Source: an uncultured archaeon (GTDB taxonomy: Archaea; Altiarchaeota; Altiarchaeia; IMC4; SCGC-AAA252-I15). Taken from it: DNA of 64,000 bases. The notes beneath the pieces are model-generated. The model worked only from the letters and a program-made list of their open reading frames with translations, made no database searches and was not told where the DNA came from. The first letter of the stretch is position 1; the number at the start of each line of letters is the position of its first letter. The translations under genes and the position numbers were made by a program. Positions 58,506-64,000 of this stretch are shown here, in pieces. The stretch lies in assembly GCA_964587725.1 (NCBI GenBank), contig CAZPLO010000002.1, positions 25,521-89,520 on the forward strand, in the 5' to 3' direction.

Positions 58506-59822
58506 CTAGTCCACGACGTCCAAGTGGAAGTCGCCGTCGTGGTCTGCGCACACTACAGTGTATGTTCCCGTCTCGTTGAACAGCCACTTGAAGCTGCTGC
58601 CGGCGTGTAATGTTCTGTCGCCCTCCCATGCGTCACCTCCGAAGCCTATGGCCACCAGGTGGTGCTCCACTCCGGCCGCCTCAACCCATGTGACTGTGGT
58701 GTCGACGGGCACAGTCATCCTCGGCGGTATGAACAAGTCCGTTCCCCCGTCGTGGGTTACCGTGGCCAGACAGTTCAGCCCCCTCACACCGTATTCGGTC
58801 GCGTGTTCTATGTCCAGTCGGAACCCAGGGTGCCGGGTCATCCCCTCCACCGTGCACCTGCTGGAGACGTTGCTCCAGTACAGGTAGTCTACCTGGCTGA
58901 GGTTACCGTTCACGGACACGTTGTATTCGCTCAGCAGGTCCAGGTTAACCAGGCTCTCCAGGCTTATGTTTCCGGGCCGGTCGCCGACCATGAACAGCGT
59001 GTCCGCCGCCCGGTCAAGGAACTTGCTGCTCAGGTTCGCCCGCCCCTCCATACGGTCGAAGAACGACGGCGCATCGTACTCGGTCGTTGAGGGGAGGTAG
59101 CAGCCGCTGTCTATCCAGTCGTCCAGTACGCTGCCGTTCACCACACCCGTATCAGGGCATCTTTTGAAGCCGTGTATGGCCGCCGGCACGCCTGTCGTCG
59201 TATAATGCATGGGGTCCTCCAGCGGCTCAATGGACACAATCGACGTTACAGGGAGTCCGCGGCCAATGTAGCGGTTGCCGCTTGACTCATCCAACACCGT
59301 CAAATCGATTTCGCTCACTATGGCGTAGTGCCAGGGCTCGTATAATGCGATGCTCATGTTCCTGAACTCCACCGTCACATTGTATCCTACGGCATCCACT
59401 CTGTCCGTCCAGTCCAATACGGTGTTGTTTCTCATGTACTTTCTGATGTCTGTTGCCGGCTGGACCGTGTTCTCTAGGGTGCCGCACACCATCAGCTCAG
59501 CCAGCGCCGCCTCCACGCCGTCGACGTGGTATCTGAAGGAGGTGCAGTTCTCCATCACGTAACCGTCGAATGTTTCGTTGGTTAATATTACGTGGTTGAC
59601 GGCGTACGCTGTCGCCCGCTGCCCGGAGATGGCGAACGCCCGCCCAGCGTCCTCCATCAGTGACTCAACGTAGTAGTGGAGTTCGTCCAAGTCCATGCGG
59701 TTAGACACGTCCGCGTAGGCGGGGGAGGATATGGCTGTGTAGAAGAACGCTAGGGACAGGGCAATCAGGATAAGCATTGTGGTAACCAGGGTGAAAACGT
59801 ATCCGCGGGAGCCTAAACCCAT
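58506..59822 (-). CDS. Minor pilin-like protein with C-terminal cupredoxin-like domain
   Basis: SRG/YVFTL class III-like signal, IEPLEDP, PSFFDRMEG; C-terminal TVTW...H...GTY-x3-C-x2-H. Confidence 0.72.
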   Translation of the reverse strand: MGLGSRGYVFTLVTTMLILIALSLAFFYTAISSPAYADVSNRMDLDELHYYVESLMEDAGRAFAISGQRATAYAVNHVILTNETFDGYVMENCTSFRYHVDGVEAALAELMVCGTLENTVQPATDIRKYMRNNTVLDWTDRVDAVGYNVTVEFRNMSIALYEPWHYAIVSEIDLTVLDESSGNRYIGRGLPVTSIVSIEPLEDPMHYTTTGVPAAIHGFKRCPDTGVVNGSVLDDWIDSGCYLPSTTEYDAPSFFDRMEGRANLSSKFLDRAADTLFMVGDRPGNISLESLVNLDLLSEYNVSVNGNLSQVDYLYWSNVSSRCTVEGMTRHPGFRLDIEHATEYGVRGLNCLATVTHDGGTDLFIPPRMTVPVDTTVTWVEAAGVEHHLVAIGFGGDAWEGDRTLHAGSSFKWLFNETGTYTVVCADHDGDFHLDVVD

Positions 59823-60478
59823 ACTATCAACCTCATCTCCATCGGCCCCCACAGCGTCTGCACGCCTATCCTGCCTTCGGCGTCGAAGGTCATGTTGTCC
59901 CTGTACGGTATGTCCATGACGCCGTCGCCGTCCAAATCAAGCGTTTCGTTGAGGAGGCGGTAGACTGCGTCGTCGACCGCGTCGTCCGTGTTCGGGTGAC
60001 TGTGCGATTCGAAGGTGTACTGGTGCACCCCCCCGTCGCAGCTGTAGCCCTGGGGAATGGGTGTGTCGGGGGTGAACAGGTCCGGTTCCCTCCCATACTG
60101 TATCCTCCAGCATCCGCCGTCGCTGAAGCGGTGGGGCTCCCCGTACGCGACCTCACTCACCAGGGTGGAGCGTGAGAACGTGACCTTCACGTCGTCCACG
60201 GAGAGGTTGCCCGCCGCCTCGGACTTCAATACCGTCGGGACAGTGCAGTTGCCTGATGCGGGGTCGTATATGCAGCCTATGCACCAGCACCCACCCCTTA
60301 CGTAGCGGTTCACGCTGCCGGTGGCCTCTACGGTTTCCGGGCCTGCGAAGGTTGTCGAGGCAGCCCATTCGTAGTCTGTGTCGTTGCCGACGTCCAGGAA
60401 TATTCCCGACTGGGCGTGTGCTGTGAGCAGTGCCGCGGCGGCCAGCAAACCCGCCAGCAGGTAGAAACCAGACCTCAT
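59813..60478 (-). CDS. Secreted / minor pilin-like protein
   Basis: Hydrophobic N-terminus, AVDDAVYRL and terminal WGP...LIVW; overlaps the next pilus gene. Confidence 0.6.
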   Translation of the reverse strand: MRSGFYLLAGLLAAAALLTAHAQSGIFLDVGNDTDYEWAASTTFAGPETVEATGSVNRYVRGGCWCIGCIYDPASGNCTVPTVLKSEAAGNLSVDDVKVTFSRSTLVSEVAYGEPHRFSDGGCWRIQYGREPDLFTPDTPIPQGYSCDGGVHQYTFESHSHPNTDDAVDDAVYRLLNETLDLDGDGVMDIPYRDNMTFDAEGRIGVQTLWGPMEMRLIVWV

Positions 60479-60518
60479 ATCCAATCATATATATGTTCTT
60501 TTAAACAAATACCTGTGC

Positions 60519-60983
60519 ATGGTACTGGAGGACTGGCTGTGGGTTCTGCTCATCACATGCGTGCCGTGGATTGAGTTGCGGGGCAGCATACCCGCGGGCA
60601 TAATCCGGTTCGGCTTGAATCCCGTGCTGGTGTTCGCGTCCGCCGTGTTGGTGAACATAGCGGTCATATACCCTGCGTTCGTGTTCCTGGACTGGTTCTT
60701 CGACTTGATGAACAGCACGCCCTTGAGGCACTTCATAGACCGGACGCAGCGTAAGGCACAGCCGTACGTGGAGAAATACGGGATGCTGGGTCTGGCGTTG
60801 TTCGTGGCTGTTCCGCTGCCGGGCACCGGCGCATACTCCGGCTCCCTGGCGGCCCACATATTCGGGATTAAAAACAGGCGCGCGTTCCTCTCCATAGCGG
60901 CGGGGGTTACTGCAGCAGGTGTAGCCGTCACGTTGATGTCGACGCTGTTCAGGGACACGTTCGGCTGGCTGTTAGGACTTTAG
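60519..60983 (+). CDS. Putative small multidrug export family membrane protein
   Basis: PWIELRGSIP and LFVAVPLPGTGA motifs. Confidence 0.88.
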   Translation: MVLEDWLWVLLITCVPWIELRGSIPAGIIRFGLNPVLVFASAVLVNIAVIYPAFVFLDWFFDLMNSTPLRHFIDRTQRKAQPYVEKYGMLGLALFVAVPLPGTGAYSGSLAAHIFGIKNRRAFLSIAAGVTAAGVAVTLMSTLFRDTFGWLLGL

Positions 60984-61520
60984 GTCCCGGCGCATGCTCT
61001 GGAGGTACTCCTCCACTTCGCGGGTGAAGTCCTCTTTCATGGGCTTCCCCAGCAGGTTCTTCTTCGCCACAGAACGGTAAATCTGCTTCCTCAGCCTCCT
61101 GCTCTTCTTCGAATCACCCTCCCGTATCACTGGCAGGTTCTTCATCGGCGGGTAGATGACCTCCACCACCTTGTGTTTGTCGAGGAAACGCACCAGGTCG
61201 TTCAGCGCGTAGATGCTGACGTCCAGTTCCGTCGCTATCTCGGCCATGTCTATGGTCTTCCTCCTCTCCAGCAGAGTGAGTATGTGGAATATGAGCAGCT
61301 TCTTCTCTCGTTCGTCAAGGCCGCCTTCCTCCTTCTTCCCGGAGGGGCTGAAGGAGCCGGTGAGGTAGTTTATGTCGGAGTCTCGTGTGACGACCGCAAT
61401 AAGTATGACGGCGACTACTACCACGTAGAGGCTCAGCTGGGAGCCGAAGCCGAGGAGCAGCACCAGCAATGCGGTGAACGCGACTATTACGCCCACCATC
61501 GTCTTGGTGTTCTCTTTCAC
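60972..61520 (-). CDS. Membrane protein with a wHTH-like domain
   Basis: Two N-terminal TMs, then IDMAEIATELDVS...LVRFLDKHKVVEV. Confidence 0.6.
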   Translation of the reverse strand: MKENTKTMVGVIVAFTALLVLLLGFGSQLSLYVVVVAVILIAVVTRDSDINYLTGSFSPSGKKEEGGLDEREKKLLIFHILTLLERRKTIDMAEIATELDVSIYALNDLVRFLDKHKVVEVIYPPMKNLPVIREGDSKKSRRLRKQIYRSVAKKNLLGKPMKEDFTREVEEYLQSMRRDLKS

Positions 61521-61521
61521 C

Positions 61522-63861
61522 CTACACCTCCTCCTTCTCCAGGGCGGCGAGTTCCTCGTCTATTTCGTCGCGGGGCATCCGCGGCCGCCCAGTCGAAGGC
61601 TTCTTAAGCCTAACATAAGCTACCGCGGCCACGGCCACGGCAAAAGCCAGTATCACGTAGATTGTGTAGTCCTGTCCTTCGCCGCCTCCGCCGTTGACGG
61701 GTTTGCCGATGCTCTGGTTCGCCCTCCGCACCAAATCCAGGGCGGTGTCGGAGGCGTTGTGGTAGTCCGCGCGCTCGTATAGTTCGCCGGCGGTTTCCGC
61801 ATAGGACATGGCCTTGGGGTAGTCTCCGGACTCGTAGGCGGTCAGCGCAATCCTGTAGTGGCGGTCCGCTATCCTGATGACCAGTATGTCCGACCGCACG
61901 GTTCCGTTGTAGTCGTCTATCTCGGCATATATCTCCTTGGCCCGGTCTATCATCATCAGCGCCCCGGAGTAGTTGCCGAAGTTACTCAGCGTGACGGCTT
62001 TGGTGTAGTATCCGTCCGCCGTAAGTCGCTTCTGCATCCTCATCTCGTCCCTGATGCTGTCCTCGAGTTCGTCGCAGTTTTCCACACCCGTTCCGTCGCC
62101 TATCTTCTCGTATATTCTGCGGGCGTCGTCTATCTTCCGCAGGGCGGCCTCCAGGTTGTTCATGGCGTAGTAGCTTAGGGCCTGCGAATAGTGGCGGTCC
62201 GCCTCCTCCTTGTTCTTCACCCTGAACTCGTCGTCTATCCTGGCCCTGAGCAGGTTCACCCGGGGAAGGCTGTCACGGTCTCCTATGTCGTTGTAAAGTT
62301 CCGCAGCCTTGTCGACGTATATGCTGGCGTTGGTGACGTCGCCGGAGACGAGGTTGTCATAGGCTATGTTGTAGAAGTTGTCTGCCCGGAATTTCTTGAT
62401 ATAGTACTCTGTGGCTTCGAACCGGGTGACGTTGGCCGTGGTGTAGCCTATGAAGTCCGTGAGTCCGTTACCGTCCACGTCAGCCACCCTGAATCCGTAA
62501 AGCGACTTGCCCGCGAAGTAGCTCCACTTGAGGCTGCCGACGGCGTTGTATACGTACACGTTGCCGTCCCTGGAAGAGACTATCACGTCCTTGAAACCGT
62601 CTAACTCCACGTCCTCCATACGTATGTCTGTGATGGCGTCGTCGACCCTCTGTTTCCACCGGAGTCTGCCGTTGCTCTCATACGTCTCTATGACGCCGCC
62701 GCTGCTCCCCGCCGTGACCTCCATGGTGCCCTGGCCGTCAACGTTGGCGGCGTACACCCGCCGCACCTGGCCCCCAAGGTCCGACCCCCACCTAGCTCCC
62801 ATGGCACTCACGTTTGATGCGTTAATGACGTAGAACATTCCGTTATTGGATGCTATGACGAGCTCCCTCAGGATGTTGCCGTCTATGTCGCCCGCGTATA
62901 TGTCGCGGACGCTGTTGTCCACCCCCTCCACGATTTTGCCGTCGTCGTCCCTCTTCCACACTTCGTATGTGCCGGCCACGCCACCGGCCTGGTCCAGTAC
63001 GACTACTGTGCCGTTCATATCCTTGTATTCGACGTAACGCCACCCCAACACATCACCCGTAGACCCCTCCTCGCATATTATCTTCGTGTAGGTGCGGTAG
63101 CAGATGTCTTCGGTCTGGTTTCCCTCAATTTCCTCCTCAGACCATCTGCAGCTGCAGTCCCTCAACCCGGCGCAGCATTTGCTGGGGTCGAGGCAGTCTG
63201 CTTCCGTCGCCCACCCGGATTCCTCGTCCACGACGTCCTCGCTGTAGCAGACCTGCCCCTCAATGGGCTCGTCGGTTTTCTCGTTGTATACGTATATGAC
63301 GTTGTCTCCAACTCCGGCGGCCACGTACCTTTTACCCTGCTGCCTGAGGAACGAAACGGATTTTACGCTGTCAGGGGTTATGTGCCTCCACACGGGGCTG
63401 CCGTCCGGATTCACCACGTAAACCCCCCCGTGGTACCTTATAACACGGTACAGGACCCTGTTCTTTGGCAACACGCCCATGCCCTCCTCGTCAACCTCGA
63501 AGTCCTGGGGCGTGTAGGTGCGAACCTCCTTGGCGCCGCCGAGCCCGAATATAAGCTCTTCGACGCCGTCCCCGTCCACGTCTCCGGCGTCCATGCAGTA
63601 TATCCTACCTATCATGCTGTGGTTTCCGAGCGCGAACTCGTCCACCAGCCTCCCGAACCGGTCCAGGACCACCACGGTGTTGTTCTGCAGGCCCACGTAC
63701 ACCTCACTGTATCCGTCTCCGTCGGCGTCAGCCAAAACCATGTCCCCCACGGACACCCTGGCGCCGTACGACCACTTCACGTCCAGGTTCATCCGCGGAG
63801 AGGCGGCCGACGCATACGACGCCAGCAGCACCACAGCCAATATGGTTAAAACGTGTTTCAT
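61522..63861 (-). CDS. Secreted FG-GAP beta-propeller plus TPR-like helical protein with C-terminal TM
   Basis: Signal peptide, DxDGDG motifs, Cys-rich insert, A-x3-Y helical repeats, TM and charged tail. Confidence 0.8.
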   Translation of the reverse strand: MKHVLTILAVVLLASYASAASPRMNLDVKWSYGARVSVGDMVLADADGDGYSEVYVGLQNNTVVVLDRFGRLVDEFALGNHSMIGRIYCMDAGDVDGDGVEELIFGLGGAKEVRTYTPQDFEVDEEGMGVLPKNRVLYRVIRYHGGVYVVNPDGSPVWRHITPDSVKSVSFLRQQGKRYVAAGVGDNVIYVYNEKTDEPIEGQVCYSEDVVDEESGWATEADCLDPSKCCAGLRDCSCRWSEEEIEGNQTEDICYRTYTKIICEEGSTGDVLGWRYVEYKDMNGTVVVLDQAGGVAGTYEVWKRDDDGKIVEGVDNSVRDIYAGDIDGNILRELVIASNNGMFYVINASNVSAMGARWGSDLGGQVRRVYAANVDGQGTMEVTAGSSGGVIETYESNGRLRWKQRVDDAITDIRMEDVELDGFKDVIVSSRDGNVYVYNAVGSLKWSYFAGKSLYGFRVADVDGNGLTDFIGYTTANVTRFEATEYYIKKFRADNFYNIAYDNLVSGDVTNASIYVDKAAELYNDIGDRDSLPRVNLLRARIDDEFRVKNKEEADRHYSQALSYYAMNNLEAALRKIDDARRIYEKIGDGTGVENCDELEDSIRDEMRMQKRLTADGYYTKAVTLSNFGNYSGALMMIDRAKEIYAEIDDYNGTVRSDILVIRIADRHYRIALTAYESGDYPKAMSYAETAGELYERADYHNASDTALDLVRRANQSIGKPVNGGGGEGQDYTIYVILAFAVAVAAVAYVRLKKPSTGRPRMPRDEIDEELAALEKEEV

Positions 63862-63865
63862 CTTC

Positions 63866-64000
63866 CTATCCCACCGGCGCCTTCACCTTATCCAATACTT
63901 TGGAGATTATGTCGTCCGGGGTGATGCCGAAGTCTCTCGAGTCCGGATTCAATATTATCCTGTGCCGGAGCACCGGGAACGCCAGGTTCTTAATGTCTTC
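63866..64000 (-). CDS. MoxR-family AAA+ ATPase, C-terminal end (partial)
   Basis: My translation, not in the ORF track: EDIKNLAFPVLRHRIILNPDSRDFGITPDDIISKVLDKVKAPVG*; VLRHRI lid motif. Confidence 0.85.
   Translation of the reverse strand, partial: EDIKNLAFPVLRHRIILNPDSRDFGITPDDIISKVLDKVKAPVG

Overview
High-GC archaeal chromosomal segment. It has archaeal PolB with a PIP box, XPD and Lhr helicases, class III-signal pilins and mostly leaderless TATA-type starts, plus many bacterial-type genes. The gene mix is most consistent with Ca. Altiarchaeota or another DPANN lineage (inference). Contents, left to right: tRNA-Ile(GAT) 5' end plus a disrupted copy; radical SAM/DUF4130 DNA repair pair; a bacterial-type sugar-phosphate cluster (pfkB, fbp, two pfkA, aminotransferase, class II aldolase); grpE-dnaK-[methyltransferase]-dnaJ; tRNA-Val(TAC) flanked by tRNA fragments; NUDIX, deacetylase, gap, scpA, a DRE-TIM synthase, Lhr with its phosphoesterase; a polyamine operon (two speD-like genes, speE); htpX-lemA-DUF2207-scpB; agmatinase, XPD, dapF, polB, FKBP, hisS; a type IV pilus locus with four paralogous pilins enclosing a glycosylation cassette; and a partial MoxR ATPase. 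No CRISPR array, rRNA, integrase or transposase was seen. The most notable unexplained signals are: (i) a ~120-nt rod-shaped candidate ncRNA at 26410-26528; (ii) tRNA gene fragments joined to short hairpin units at both tRNA loci; (iii) constant/variable pilin paralogs bracketing a lower-GC glycosylation cassette; (iv) a structured leader upstream of speD; (v) a methyltransferase inserted between dnaK and dnaJ. All product calls come from motif recognition by eye; no searches were run.
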